NCBI RefSeq assembly: GCF_000737315.1
Contig: NZ_JMCB01000002.1
Coordinates: forward strand, 20,001 to 268,000
Length of the DNA stretch: 248,000 bases
Direction: 5' to 3'
Origin: Hyalangium minutum
GTDB lineage: Bacteria > Myxococcota > Myxococcia > Myxococcales > Myxococcaceae
The notes under the pieces were generated by a model. The model searched no databases. It saw only the letters and a program-made list of their open reading frames with translations, and was not told the DNA's origin. This document shows positions 71,260 to 81,609 of this stretch, piece by piece; within the stretch, counting starts at the first letter, position 1, and the number at the start of each line of letters is the position of its first letter. Both the position numbers and the translations under genes were made by a program.

Positions 71260-71512
71260 GGCGGTCTACATCCTCTGTGCTCTCACGAGCGTGGCGTGCG
71301 CGGTGCTGCTGCTGCGAGGCTACTCCCGCTCGGGCCAGCGCCTGTTGCTGTGGAGCGGGCTGTGCTTCGTGGCGCTGGCCCTCAGCAATGTGCTGCTCTT
71401 CGTAGACCTGGTGCTCATAGGGCCGGAAACGGACTTGAGCCTCTTGCGCATCTCGCTGGCACTGCTGGGGGTGGCCACGCTGCTCTACGGCTTGATCTGG
71501 GACTCGCAATGA
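71252..71512 (+). CDS. DUF5985-like small membrane protein
   Basis: RLLLWSGLCF. Confidence 0.65.
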   Translation: MAEAVYILCALTSVACAVLLLRGYSRSGQRLLLWSGLCFVALALSNVLLFVDLVLIGPETDLSLLRISLALLGVATLLYGLIWDSQ

Positions 71513-71796
71513 ACACGTTCCTCACGGTCAAGACGATGATGAGTGGCGGGCTGGTGATGGCCTGTGTGGCGTGTGCCGTCTTCTTCCTGCGCTTCTGGAA
71601 GTCGTCCCGGGACCGGCTCTTCGCCTTCTTCGCCCTCGCCTTCGGGGTCATGGCGCTCAATTGGCTGTCACTGGCGCTGCTCCAGGTAGACGATGAGCGG
71701 CGCCACTACCTCTATGTGGTCCGCCTGGTGTCCTTTCTGCTGATCCTCTACGCCATCTGGGACAAGAACCGGGCCGGCCGCGGCAGCCGCTCCTGA
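71509..71796 (+). CDS. DUF5985-like small membrane protein
   Basis: FFLRFWKSSRDRLF. Confidence 0.65.
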   Translation: MNTFLTVKTMMSGGLVMACVACAVFFLRFWKSSRDRLFAFFALAFGVMALNWLSLALLQVDDERRHYLYVVRLVSFLLILYAIWDKNRAGRGSRS

Positions 71797-71987
71797 GCCA
71801 GCCCGCAGTGACACGGAGTCAACACTCCGTGCGCCCTGTTCCCCAGACGGGCGTACCTGTCCGCCTGTGAGCGCCGAGGGAAAAGGCGCGGTCGAGCCGA
71901 TTTGTCGGCCTGTACCCCTTGCCGAACTGTGGATCCATCCGCATGTCGTCAGGACACTGTCCACTTGGCGGTGGGGGAAGATCCGAC

Positions 71988-74192
71988 ATGCGGGAAGAAC
72001 TGCCAGTCGCGAGCATCCTCCTGGTGGACGATCACCCGCCCAACCTCGTCGCGTTGGAGGCGGCGCTAGAGCCACTGGGGCAGCGGCTGGTGAAGGTGCG
72101 CTCCGGGACGGAGGCGCTCCAGCGGCTCGCCAGCGAGGACTTCGCCGCGGTGCTGCTGGATGTGCAGATGCCCGAGCTGGACGGGTACCAGACGGCGCGG
72201 CTCATCAAATCCCAGGAGCGCAGCCGCCACGTGCCGCTGCTCTTCCTCACCGCGAGCCAGAGGGACGAGCGGCAGGTGCTGCGGGGCTACGCGCAGGGCG
72301 CGGTGGACTACCTGCTCAAGCCGCTGGATCCGGACGTGCTGCGCGCCAAGGTGGCCGTCTTCGTGAACCTGTACCAGCGCCAGGAGGAGCTGCGCCAGCG
72401 CGAGGCCCGGCTGCGTGAGCACGAGCGGCAGTTGCTGGTGCGCCAGACGGAGGCGCACTCGCGCGCCCTGCTGGAGTCCATGCCCCAAGCGGTGTGGGCC
72501 GCGTGGACGGATGACACCCAGGCCTGGTGCAACCCCGCGTGGATGAAGCTGACGGGGACGCAGCATCCGGTGGCCTCGAGGCAGGACTTTCTGGCGGCCA
72601 TCCACCCGGACGAGCGCGCGGCAGTGGAGGCGGGCTGGCGCGAGGCCCTGCGGACGGGGCTCTCGTGGGAGGCGCAGCACCGGCTGGGAGGCCCGGAGGC
72701 CTGGCGCTGGCACCGGCTGCGCGTGACGCCGCTGCCTTGCGAGGGGCAGCAGCTGCGCGGCTTCCTCTGCACGGCGGCGGACCTCGACGACGAGCGCCGC
72801 AGCCAGGAGGTGGCCCAGCTGCTCTCCCATGCCAGCGTGATGCTCTCCTCCGCGCTGGACTTTCACGCCACGCTGGCTCGCCTGGCGCAGCTCGTGGTGC
72901 CGCGCTTCGCGGACTGGTGCGCGGTGGACGTGGTGGACACCGAGCGGCCCCAGGGCGGGCTCAGCCGCGTGGCGGTGGCCCACATGGAGTCCCACAAGGC
73001 CGAGCGCGTGCTCGAGCTCCACCAGCGCTATCCTCCCGGGGCGGTGAACCTGCCAGGCGTGGCGGCGGTGTTCACCTCCGGGAAGTCCGAGCTGCTGGCG
73101 GAGGTGCCGGACACGCTGCTGCGGCGGCTCTCCGAGGACTCCGAGCACCTGGCGCTGCTGCGCGAGGTGGGCTTCCAATCCTGCATCCACGTGCCCATCC
73201 GCGCCCGGGAGCGGACCTTCGGCGTGCTGACCTTCGCCATCTCCAGCAAGCGCCACCGGTATGACGCAAGAGACCTGGCGCTGGCCGAGGAGCTGGGCCG
73301 GCGCGCGGGTGTGGCCATGGACAACGCGCTGCTGTACCGGGAGGCCCAGCGGGCCCAGCGCGCGGCCCAGGAGGCCAACCGCCTCAAGGACGAGTTCCTT
73401 GCCACGCTCTCGCACGAGCTGCGCACGCCGCTGACGTCCATCCTCGGGTGGACGCAGATCCTCCTCAAGCGCGACGACCTGGACGAGGTGGGCCGCCGCC
73501 GGGGGCTGGCCACCATCGAGCGCAACGCGCGCGTGCAGCGCCAATTGGTGGAGGACTTGCTGGATGTCTCGCGCATCACCAGCGGCAAGCTGCTGCTCAA
73601 CCTGAAGGAAGTGTCGCTGCGCGAGGTAGCGGAGGCCGCCCTGGAGAGCGTGCGTCCGACGGCCGAGGCGCGCGGGGTGGGGCTTCAGGCGGAGCTGGGG
73701 GACATCCACGACACCGTGCTGGCGGATGCCACGCGGCTGCAGCAGGTGCTGTGGAACCTGCTCACCAACGCGTTGAAGTTCACGGATCGCGGCGGGTGTG
73801 TGTGGCTCACGGGCAGCCGTGATGGGGACACGGTGAGGCTCACGGTGCGAGACACGGGCAAGGGCATCTCGCCCGAGCTGCTGCCCCACGTCTTCGAGCG
73901 CTTCCGCCAGGGCGACATCGGCCGGGAGCAGGGAGGTCTGGGCTTGGGGCTCGCCATCGTGCGGCACCTGGTGGAGCTGCACGGGGGCTTCGTGGCCGTG
74001 CAGAGCGAAGGGCCCGGCGCGGGCTCCGTGTTCACCGTCCAGCTGCCCCTGCGCGCCAGCCGCTCCGAACGCCTGCCTGAGCGTGTGGCCGCCGCGGAGC
74101 TTTCGGGACACTCGGAGCCAGAGCGCTCGCACGCCATGTCCGACGAGTTGGTCGCGGCAGTGGCCTCGCTGATGAGCCAGGCCACCCACTGA
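71988..74192 (+). CDS. REC-PAS-GAF histidine kinase
   Basis: VDDH, SHELRTP. Confidence 0.9.
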   Translation: MREELPVASILLVDDHPPNLVALEAALEPLGQRLVKVRSGTEALQRLASEDFAAVLLDVQMPELDGYQTARLIKSQERSRHVPLLFLTASQRDERQVLRGYAQGAVDYLLKPLDPDVLRAKVAVFVNLYQRQEELRQREARLREHERQLLVRQTEAHSRALLESMPQAVWAAWTDDTQAWCNPAWMKLTGTQHPVASRQDFLAAIHPDERAAVEAGWREALRTGLSWEAQHRLGGPEAWRWHRLRVTPLPCEGQQLRGFLCTAADLDDERRSQEVAQLLSHASVMLSSALDFHATLARLAQLVVPRFADWCAVDVVDTERPQGGLSRVAVAHMESHKAERVLELHQRYPPGAVNLPGVAAVFTSGKSELLAEVPDTLLRRLSEDSEHLALLREVGFQSCIHVPIRARERTFGVLTFAISSKRHRYDARDLALAEELGRRAGVAMDNALLYREAQRAQRAAQEANRLKDEFLATLSHELRTPLTSILGWTQILLKRDDLDEVGRRRGLATIERNARVQRQLVEDLLDVSRITSGKLLLNLKEVSLREVAEAALESVRPTAEARGVGLQAELGDIHDTVLADATRLQQVLWNLLTNALKFTDRGGCVWLTGSRDGDTVRLTVRDTGKGISPELLPHVFERFRQGDIGREQGGLGLGLAIVRHLVELHGGFVAVQSEGPGAGSVFTVQLPLRASRSERLPERVAAAELSGHSEPERSHAMSDELVAAVASLMSQATH

Positions 74193-74449
74193 GGCTGCCC
74201 TTTCATCGGGTCTGAAAGTTCTTCCGCAGGGCCTGCTGAAGTTCTTACCGAGTGCCACCCTACATATGGATCCGCTGGTGGCAGATCGGCTCCTCGCACT
74301 GTCCGAAATCCGAATGCGATCAACCGCTTGAGAGGGGACTGGCAGCCGTACGGGCCTGGGGCAGGGCAGGCACGGATATCGCATCGCAGTGAATGGTCCG
74401 GCCGGGGGTGGGTGGCCGGGAGTTGTCCCTCTCAAGGTGATCCGAGCCC

Positions 74450-76309
74450 GTGCAAGCGCCTCCGTCTGCCTGCCATTGCGAGAGTCAGCACCGTGAGGCG
74501 GACCACTGCCCCACGCTCGTTCGCTCGGGTGAGGGGCCGGTAGCGCGGCCGCTGCTGGAGCGGGAGGAGAACTTCCTGGGGCAGAAGTTCGGCAGCTTCG
74601 AGGTGGTGCGCGAGCTGGGGCGGGGAGGGATGGGCTCGGTGTGGCTCGCCGAGCACACGCTCATCCGCAAGCGTGTCGCGGTGAAGGTGCTGCATGCGCA
74701 CCTGGCGAAGGATCGGCGGCTGGTGGCGCGGTTCCTCTCCGAGGCACGCACGCTGACGGTGATCCAGCACGAGAACGTGGTGGCGCTGCAGGACCTGGAC
74801 ATGCGGGAAGGGCGCCCCTACCTGGTGATGGAGTACCTGGAGGGGCAGAATCTGGCCGCGTTCGCGGAAGGTCCGCTGGAGCCGGCGCTGGTGGTGGAGC
74901 TGCTCTCCCAGGTGTGCGATGCGCTGGCGGCCGCGCACGCGCACGGCGTGGTGCACCGGGATCTCAAGCCCGCCAATGTCTTCCTCGTGCCCATGGGCAA
75001 CGGGCGCCACCGGGTGAAGCTGCTGGACTTCGGCATTGCCAAGCTCCTGAGCTACCCCGGGGGGATGACGCCCACGCAGGAGGGGATGCTGCTGGGGACG
75101 CCGGAGTTCATGTCGCCGGAGCAGTGCAACGGCGAGACGGTGGATGGGCGCACGGACCTGTACGCGGTGGGGGTGATGGGCTACCTGCTGGGGACGGGAC
75201 GCTTGCCGTTCTCGGGGAGCCCGGCGGAGGTGCTGGTGGGGCACCTGATGAAGGCACCGCGCCTGCCTCACGAGGTGCGGCCGGAGGTTCCGCCGGCGCT
75301 CTCCCAGGTGTTGATGAAGGCGATGGCGAAGCGGCCGGAGGATCGGTTCTCCTCGGCCGCGGAGCTGCGGCAGGCGCTGCAGGCGGTGCTGAAGCCAGAG
75401 CCTGCGAAGGCCTCGATGCTGATGGCGCGGGTGCGGGCCAATGGACGGCCGGCCTTCGAGGAGCTGCGCTGCGAGCGGGTGGGACGGGCGGGGCTCTTCC
75501 TTCAGACGGAGTCGGTGCCGCCTCCGTTGCTGGAGGAGGTGGGGCTGCTGCTGCGGCTGCCAGGGGGGGAGCTGTCCTGCACGGCGCAGGTGGTGCGGCA
75601 CGTGTCCGCGGAGCAGGCGCGTCAGTGGAACATGGCGCCCGGCTTCGGGGTGCAGCTGCGCGACACGGCACCGGGCTTCCTGGAGGCGTTCGAGCGGCTG
75701 CTGGCGGGGGAGCGGCTGTCTCCGCAGACGCCGCCCTTGAGCAGCGCGCGGGAGGATGCGCGGGCGGAGGCGGTGCTTCAGCGCTACCGGGAGCGGCTGC
75801 AGGGAGACCACTACCTGGCGCTGGGCACGACGTGGGAGGCGGACTTCGACACGGTGCGCGGCTGCGCGCGCGCGGCCCGGCAGGCGCTGGAGCCGCTGCT
75901 GAAGCTGCCCTTGTCGCTGGGGCAGCGAGCACAGGTGGAGCGGGTGCTGGAGCGGGTGGCGCAGGCGGCGCACGTGCTGGGCCATCCGGAGCGGCGCACG
76001 GAGTACGACGCGGGGCTGCGCAACCTGGAGGGGCTGCTGCGGTGCCTGAGCGCGGGGCTCACGGTGACGGAGCTGGAGCGGTGCCGCCGCCAGTTCCTGG
76101 CGAAGAACCGGGTGCCCGAGGGACACGCGACGATCCACCTGAAGACGGGGGATGCGTTCGCCGCGCAGGGCAAGCTCACGGAGGCCCTGGTGGCCTACGG
76201 AGCGGCGCTGCGGGCGGATCCGCTGCACCTGGAGGCGCTCAAGCGCTGGCGCTCCCTGCGAGCCCGGCTGCTGACCGCCTCAGGCCCTTCTTCAGCGCTG
76301 GGGCGCTGA
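74450..76309 (+). CDS. Ser/Thr protein kinase
   Basis: GRGGMG, HRDLKPAN, DFG. Confidence 0.92.
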   Translation: MQAPPSACHCESQHREADHCPTLVRSGEGPVARPLLEREENFLGQKFGSFEVVRELGRGGMGSVWLAEHTLIRKRVAVKVLHAHLAKDRRLVARFLSEARTLTVIQHENVVALQDLDMREGRPYLVMEYLEGQNLAAFAEGPLEPALVVELLSQVCDALAAAHAHGVVHRDLKPANVFLVPMGNGRHRVKLLDFGIAKLLSYPGGMTPTQEGMLLGTPEFMSPEQCNGETVDGRTDLYAVGVMGYLLGTGRLPFSGSPAEVLVGHLMKAPRLPHEVRPEVPPALSQVLMKAMAKRPEDRFSSAAELRQALQAVLKPEPAKASMLMARVRANGRPAFEELRCERVGRAGLFLQTESVPPPLLEEVGLLLRLPGGELSCTAQVVRHVSAEQARQWNMAPGFGVQLRDTAPGFLEAFERLLAGERLSPQTPPLSSAREDARAEAVLQRYRERLQGDHYLALGTTWEADFDTVRGCARAARQALEPLLKLPLSLGQRAQVERVLERVAQAAHVLGHPERRTEYDAGLRNLEGLLRCLSAGLTVTELERCRRQFLAKNRVPEGHATIHLKTGDAFAAQGKLTEALVAYGAALRADPLHLEALKRWRSLRARLLTASGPSSALGR

Positions 76310-76404
76310 GCAGCCAGCCAAGTCGTGTGTACGCCAGATTCTACCTCTCCACACCTGCGGGACTTGCGTCCAAGGACAGGGTCCTCGTTAATCATCAGAG
76401 ACCC

Positions 76405-77709
76405 ATGTCCTCCAACCCCGACGACAAGCTCCCCCCTCAGGGGCGCCTCACCCGGCTGCGCAAGCTGGCGGGGCTGTCCGCCCAGCTCGGCACCGAGGTC
76501 CTCAAGAGTGGCGCACGCCGCCTCGCCGGCCAGGAGTCGGAGCTGCTCAGCAAGGGAATGGCCGAGAAGCTCGTCGCCACCCTCGGAGACTTGAAGGGCG
76601 CCGCCATGAAGTTCGGCCAGGCCGTCTCCATGGATCCGGACCTCCTCACCCCCGAAGTCCGCAAGGTCCTCGCCCGCCTCCAGAACCAGGCCCCCGCCAT
76701 GGGCTACGACACCGTGGCCCGTGTCATCCGTGAAGAGCTCGGCGCTCCCCCCGAGGCCCTCTTCCGCGAGTTCGATCGCCAGCCCCTCGCTGCGGCCTCC
76801 CTCGGTCAGGTGCACCGCGCCGTCCTCGAAGACGGCCGCCCCGTCGCCGTCAAGGTGCAGTACCCCGGCGTCGGTGACTCGCTCCAGGGCGACCTCGACA
76901 ACCTGGGCATGGTCGTGAAGACCGTCTCCAAGACGTCCAAGATCATGGACGGCACCTCCTACTTCCAGGAGCTGCGCGAGGAGTTCCTCCTCGAGCTGGA
77001 CTACCTCCGCGAGGCCCGCCTCTGCCAAGGCTTTGCCCGCAGCATCTCCCGCCTGCCCGATCTCAAGGTGCCCGACGTCATCCCCGAGCGCACCGCTCAG
77101 CGCGTCCTCACCCTCGAGCTCCTTGAGGGGCAGACGCTCAAGGACTGGGTCGTCACCGCGCCGCCTCCCGAGGAGCGCTTCCGCGTCTCGCGCCAGCTCA
77201 TCCGCGCCATCTACGGGCCCTTCTTCTGCGCTGGTGAGATCCACGCCGATCCCCACCCCGGCAACTTCATGGTCCTGAAGGATGGCCGCCTGGGGCTGAT
77301 GGACTTCGGCTCCATCAAGAGCTTCTCTCCAGGCTTCGTCTCCGCCAACCGGCGCCTGTTCCTCCAGGCTGTGCAGCTGCAGCCCATGGACATCCTCGGA
77401 CTGAGCCGCGAGGTGGGCTTCACCATCGAGCTGCCGGAAGCCGAGGCCGAGGAGCTCATCCATGAGATCCTCCGCATCGCCGGCCGGTCCATGCGCTCCA
77501 GCGCCTACGACTTCACCACCTGCGAGGTCAGCCGCGATCTCAAGCGCCACTTCGCCAAGAACGCCGCGCGCTTCCTGAAGATCCGCCCCCCGCCCGAGGC
77601 CGTCATGTTCTTCCGCTCCACTGGCGGGCTCGCGCAGAACCTGCGGCTCATCGGCGCCCAGGGTGATTTCCGCCGTGTGTACCAGGAAGTAGCCGACCTG
77701 CTGGCCTGA
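76405..77709 (+). CDS. ABC1/UbiB/AarF family kinase
   Basis: AASLGQVH, KVQYPG, HADPHPGN, DFG. Confidence 0.9.
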   Translation: MSSNPDDKLPPQGRLTRLRKLAGLSAQLGTEVLKSGARRLAGQESELLSKGMAEKLVATLGDLKGAAMKFGQAVSMDPDLLTPEVRKVLARLQNQAPAMGYDTVARVIREELGAPPEALFREFDRQPLAAASLGQVHRAVLEDGRPVAVKVQYPGVGDSLQGDLDNLGMVVKTVSKTSKIMDGTSYFQELREEFLLELDYLREARLCQGFARSISRLPDLKVPDVIPERTAQRVLTLELLEGQTLKDWVVTAPPPEERFRVSRQLIRAIYGPFFCAGEIHADPHPGNFMVLKDGRLGLMDFGSIKSFSPGFVSANRRLFLQAVQLQPMDILGLSREVGFTIELPEAEAEELIHEILRIAGRSMRSSAYDFTTCEVSRDLKRHFAKNAARFLKIRPPPEAVMFFRSTGGLAQNLRLIGAQGDFRRVYQEVADLLA

Positions 77710-77749
77710 GCCTTGCGTTCCTGCTCAGGACTCGTGCAGCACGGGCCTC

Positions 77750-78088
77750 GTGCCTAGCTTGGGAAGGGTGACGGTCTTGGACACACGGCAGGAGCGGCTT
77801 CTCTATACGCGCTCGGCGAGAGCGCGCCTCCAGGCCCTCCCCGCCGAGGTGCGCCTCCATGTGGAGACGCATATGGCCAACCTCACCCTCCTGATCGAAG
77901 GCCTGGCGCCCGAGCATCTCCCCCAGATGCTGGCGCATGAAGACGAGGGCTTCGTCACGGCCGTGCCGGGAGCCCGGGTGCGCTTCGTCGTCGCTCCCGC
78001 GGCGCGCGCCCTGCTCGTCTACCGCATCGAGACCTTGCCCGAAAGGGAAGTGGCTCCTGCCGTGCACCCCCAGCTCGGCCCCGAGTGA
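77750..78088 (+). CDS. small protein, RelE/ParE-like pattern
   Basis: LLYTRSARARLQALP ... RVRFVV...LVYRI. Confidence 0.45.
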   Translation: MPSLGRVTVLDTRQERLLYTRSARARLQALPAEVRLHVETHMANLTLLIEGLAPEHLPQMLAHEDEGFVTAVPGARVRFVVAPAARALLVYRIETLPEREVAPAVHPQLGPE

Positions 78089-78185
78089 CTCTGGCGGAGC
78101 CACCACCGGCAGCCAAGGCGGAGAGCCTTCGCGTGACGGCGCCTCTCCGCTCGTGGCGAAAGAGGCGCACGCCCGCGGCGCTGCA

Positions 78186-78614
78186 CTACTTGTTGATGGC
78201 CTGATTGGAGGGGCTGGACGCCGGGCCCGTCGCCGAGCGGCCCCGCTTGTAGAGGTCCGTCAGCTTCTTGGCCAGGTCCGCGCCCTGCACGCTCTTGGAG
78301 ATGTAGCCGTCCGCGCCGGACGACAGCGCCAGCGAGCGCAGCTTCGACTCGTCCGAGGCCGAGTACAGGATGAACTTGGTGCCCAGCGGCGCCTGCGCGC
78401 GCGCCAGAGACAGCACCTTGTCGCCGCTCAGCGCGGGAATGTTCACGTCCAGCAGCACCAGGTCCGGTGCCACCGAACGCACCAGGTTGGACACGCCCAG
78501 CGAGGAGCGGTGCGTGCGCACATCAAATCCGTAGGACGAGAGCGAGCGCTCCGCCAGTACAAGCTGATCCTGGTCGTCGTCCACAACGAGGACTCGGATC
78601 TTGGTTTCCGACAT
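78186..78614 (-). CDS. single-domain response regulator
   Basis: VVDDD, LLDVNIP. Confidence 0.9.
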   Translation of the reverse strand: MSETKIRVLVVDDDQDQLVLAERSLSSYGFDVRTHRSSLGVSNLVRSVAPDLVLLDVNIPALSGDKVLSLARAQAPLGTKFILYSASDESKLRSLALSSGADGYISKSVQGADLAKKLTDLYKRGRSATGPASSPSNQAINK

Positions 78615-78930
78615 TGTTTCCCCCAGGGGGCAGGGTTGTCGCTAGAGAGACTCTAATTATGACCTCGCTCCGCGTCAGGAAAGAAGGGGGGGGCGTGTAG
78701 GACCCTGCCGAAAGTGACAAGCGAGCAGGCAGTTTCCCGGGAAGTCGTGAGGCGCTCAACACCGGATATTGAGAACATCGTGAATTCCGAAGGGCCGCCT
78801 CGTGGATAAGCAGGCGCTCCCCACCTGCCCCGTCGTGTCGCCGAGAGGAATCGTGGCCACCGTGGCGGTGCTTTTCTCTCACCCGGTGGAGACGCATGGC
78901 ACGGCGCAAGACCCACCGGGGCAGGGCAGC

Positions 78931-80268
78931 TCAGCGGCGCTTCTGCGCGGCCCGCGGAGGACGCCGTCCCTTCGACACGCCCGGGTCGCTGGGAGCATCC
79001 GGGGCACTCGGAGTGCCCTGCAGCGGGAAGGTGAGGGTGAACACCGCGCCCCGCTCCGGGCGGTTGGCCGCGGTGATGGAGCCCCCCGCGCGCGCCATGA
79101 CGCCATAGGCCATGGACAGCCCCAGTCCCGTGCCCTGGCTGCCTTTGGTGGTGAAGAAGGGCCGGAAGATGCTGTGCAGGTTCTCCGGAGGAATGCCCGT
79201 GCCCTCGTCCTCCACGGTGACGACGACCTTGCCGCCCACCTCGGTGCCACGCACGCGGATGACGCCACTGTCCGGCATCGCGTCCCGGGCGTTGAGCAGC
79301 AGGTTGATGAAGACGTAGCGCAGGTCCGCCGCCACGCCGCTCACCGGCGGCAGCAGCGGGACATCCACCTCGATGCGCAGCGACAGGCCATGCCGCTTCG
79401 CCTGGTGCTCGAGGTCGCTGCGGGCGATCTCCACCGCCTCGCGGATGACGTCGGCCAGCTGCACCTGCTCGCCCGCGTGCTCGGGCCGCTGGCGCGCGAA
79501 GTCCTGGAGGTGGCGCAGGCGCGTGTGGGCGTCGCTGACGATGCGCACCATCGCGTCCATGTGGCCGCGGTGCCGCGTGGCGAACTCCGCGTCCCTCTCG
79601 ATGAGCTCCAGCCGGAGCTTCATGGCGTTCAGGGTGTTGTTGAGATCATGCGCCACGCCCGAGGCCAGCTCGCCCAGGGCGCGCAGGTGCTCCTGCTGGG
79701 ACAGGGTGGCACGCGCCTTCTCCAGCTCCTGCTCGGCCTGGACCTGGGCGGTGATGTCGTGGGCGAGCAGCAGCACGGCCTCCCTGGGACGCTCCCGGGG
79801 GTTGAGGCCCACCCGCTCTGTGCGCACCTCCAGCGTCCTCACGCCGGACTGCTCCTGGTAGCGCTCCACCACGGGGCCTCGCTCCCCCGAGGCCCTCAGC
79901 GCATGGGTGGCCTCCTCGGCCACCAGCCGCAGCGTGTTCCGGGCGGGGCCCTGCTGCTGGCCCTGGTGCAGGCGGAGCCACGGGCCGCTCCGGGTCAACG
80001 CGTGCCAGCGCGGATTGGCCAGCAGCACCACGCCATCACTCAGGAGCGCCACCGCGCTGGCGCTCGTCTCCAGCGCCCAGTTGGAGAGCCGGTAGGTGGT
80101 GATGTGCTCCTGGGAGCGCAGCTCCAGCTTGTGGACGAGCGTCTCGTGCTTGGAGAGGAGTTCCTGGTACTTGCGCAACAGCTCCGCTCGCATGCGCGTC
80201 GGAGGCTCGGCGGGGTGCTTGGCCCCGGGGGAGGTGGCAGGAGGGGGCGGACGGCGGCGCGGGCTCAT
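78931..80268 (-). CDS. PAS histidine kinase
   Basis: AHDLNN, GTGLGL-like G boxes. Confidence 0.88.
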   Translation of the reverse strand: MSPRRRPPPPATSPGAKHPAEPPTRMRAELLRKYQELLSKHETLVHKLELRSQEHITTYRLSNWALETSASAVALLSDGVVLLANPRWHALTRSGPWLRLHQGQQQGPARNTLRLVAEEATHALRASGERGPVVERYQEQSGVRTLEVRTERVGLNPRERPREAVLLLAHDITAQVQAEQELEKARATLSQQEHLRALGELASGVAHDLNNTLNAMKLRLELIERDAEFATRHRGHMDAMVRIVSDAHTRLRHLQDFARQRPEHAGEQVQLADVIREAVEIARSDLEHQAKRHGLSLRIEVDVPLLPPVSGVAADLRYVFINLLLNARDAMPDSGVIRVRGTEVGGKVVVTVEDEGTGIPPENLHSIFRPFFTTKGSQGTGLGLSMAYGVMARAGGSITAANRPERGAVFTLTFPLQGTPSAPDAPSDPGVSKGRRPPRAAQKRR

Positions 80269-80490
80269 GCTCTCGAATGCTCCATGCGCGCGCGGTTCTC
80301 CTCCGGCAGCGCGGCCAGCTGGATGACGTCGTGGGCCACATAGAGCAGGCCCTGCATGTCCCTGCCATTGCCCCGAGGGGGCACCGCCTGAGCGCGCAGC
80401 GTCACAGGTTCGTCCCCGGGGGCTCCAGGTGGCCATGGCCGGGCTGTTAACCCACGGCGTGGCGGGTCAGCAAGGCTGGAGACACCCTGC
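80265..80490 (-). pseudogene. probable remnant of a PAS-like gene
   Basis: Frame reads ..EPVTLRAQAVPPRGNGRDMQGLLYVAHDVIQL..MEHSRA*; stop overlaps HK ATG; no upstream start. Confidence 0.4.
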
Positions 80491-80502
80491 TAGGTAGGAT
80501 TC

Positions 80503-80520
80503 GACAAAACATGTTTTGTC
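80503..80520. promoter_or_regulatory. perfect 18-bp palindrome (putative operator)
   Basis: GACAAAACATGTTTTGTC between divergent HK and LuxR genes. Confidence 0.7.
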
Positions 80521-80751
80521 TATAACCCGGAGCAGGCCGATGGGATGGGCTTCCATTCCGAACGCGGCTGGCCATCTACGGGATGCTCGATCGGATGGCT
80601 CGGACGGGGGGGGCGTATGCACAGGACGTCCTGGGTTCTCATCCTGAACACTGAGGGGCGGAGGTCCGGGGCGGTCCTTCCTTTGCTCGTCTCGGGTGCC
80701 GTTAGATGGAAGCCGTACTCAGGTCACGCCGCCGAATCACGGAGACACATC

Positions 80752-81429
80752 ATGGAGCCGAACTCCCGTATCCGGGTGGGCATTCTCGAAGACCAGCAGA
80801 TCTTCCTCGAGAGCCTGGTATCGATTCTGGAGAGCGCCGGCATAGAGGTGGTGGCTCAGTGCTCGAGCGTGGAGCAATTCCTGGCGCAGACGCGGCAGCA
80901 GCCACCGGACGTGGCGCTGGTGGACCTGCGGCTGGAGCACAAGGACGGGCAGCAGCTGGCGGATGGCTGCCGGGCGGTCGAGCTCCTGCATGACTTCTAC
81001 CCGAATGTGCGGCCGCTCGTGCTGTCGGCCAACCGGAACGCGGAGGAGGTGGAGCGCTGCTTCCGGGCTGGAGCGGCGGGCTACCTGTGCAAGCAGAACA
81101 TCGGCTGCGCGGAGCTGCTCGAGGCCGTGGGGCGGGTGGCCCGGGGCGAGCGACTGGTACCCTCGGAGCTGTTCCCTCACTCCATCGTGGAGGAAGAGAG
81201 CAACGCCTCGCGCAGCGTGCTCCACCAGCTCACGGCCCGGGAGCGCGAGGTGCTGGGCTTCATCGCCTCGGGCGCGGACAACCTGAAGATCGCCGTGTGC
81301 CTGGGCATCACCGAGCGCACGGTGAAGGCGCACATCACCAGCATCTACCGCAAGCTGGACGTAGAGAACCGCACGCAGATGGCGATGCTGGCCTGCCAGC
81401 TGGGCGTGGAGCGTCCGGCAACCGTCTGA
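80752..81429 (+). CDS. NarL/LuxR response regulator
   Basis: REC plus LTAREREVL...TVKAH. Confidence 0.92.
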   Translation: MEPNSRIRVGILEDQQIFLESLVSILESAGIEVVAQCSSVEQFLAQTRQQPPDVALVDLRLEHKDGQQLADGCRAVELLHDFYPNVRPLVLSANRNAEEVERCFRAGAAGYLCKQNIGCAELLEAVGRVARGERLVPSELFPHSIVEEESNASRSVLHQLTAREREVLGFIASGADNLKIAVCLGITERTVKAHITSIYRKLDVENRTQMAMLACQLGVERPATV

Positions 81430-81609
81430 GGGTCATCTCTTCCTGGGACTTGAGGCCAATAGGTTCTTTCGCTGGGGAGCAGCACCTTGGAAGCAGCACG
81501 TTGGCGGGCCCCTCCTTCCCTGCCTTCTCCCGCCGCGTGCGCTGGGTCGTTTCCAGCGGGCCGGGGCGGGGATGCTTCCTCCTCCTGCCCCGGTCCGCTG
81601 CCAGCCTGC

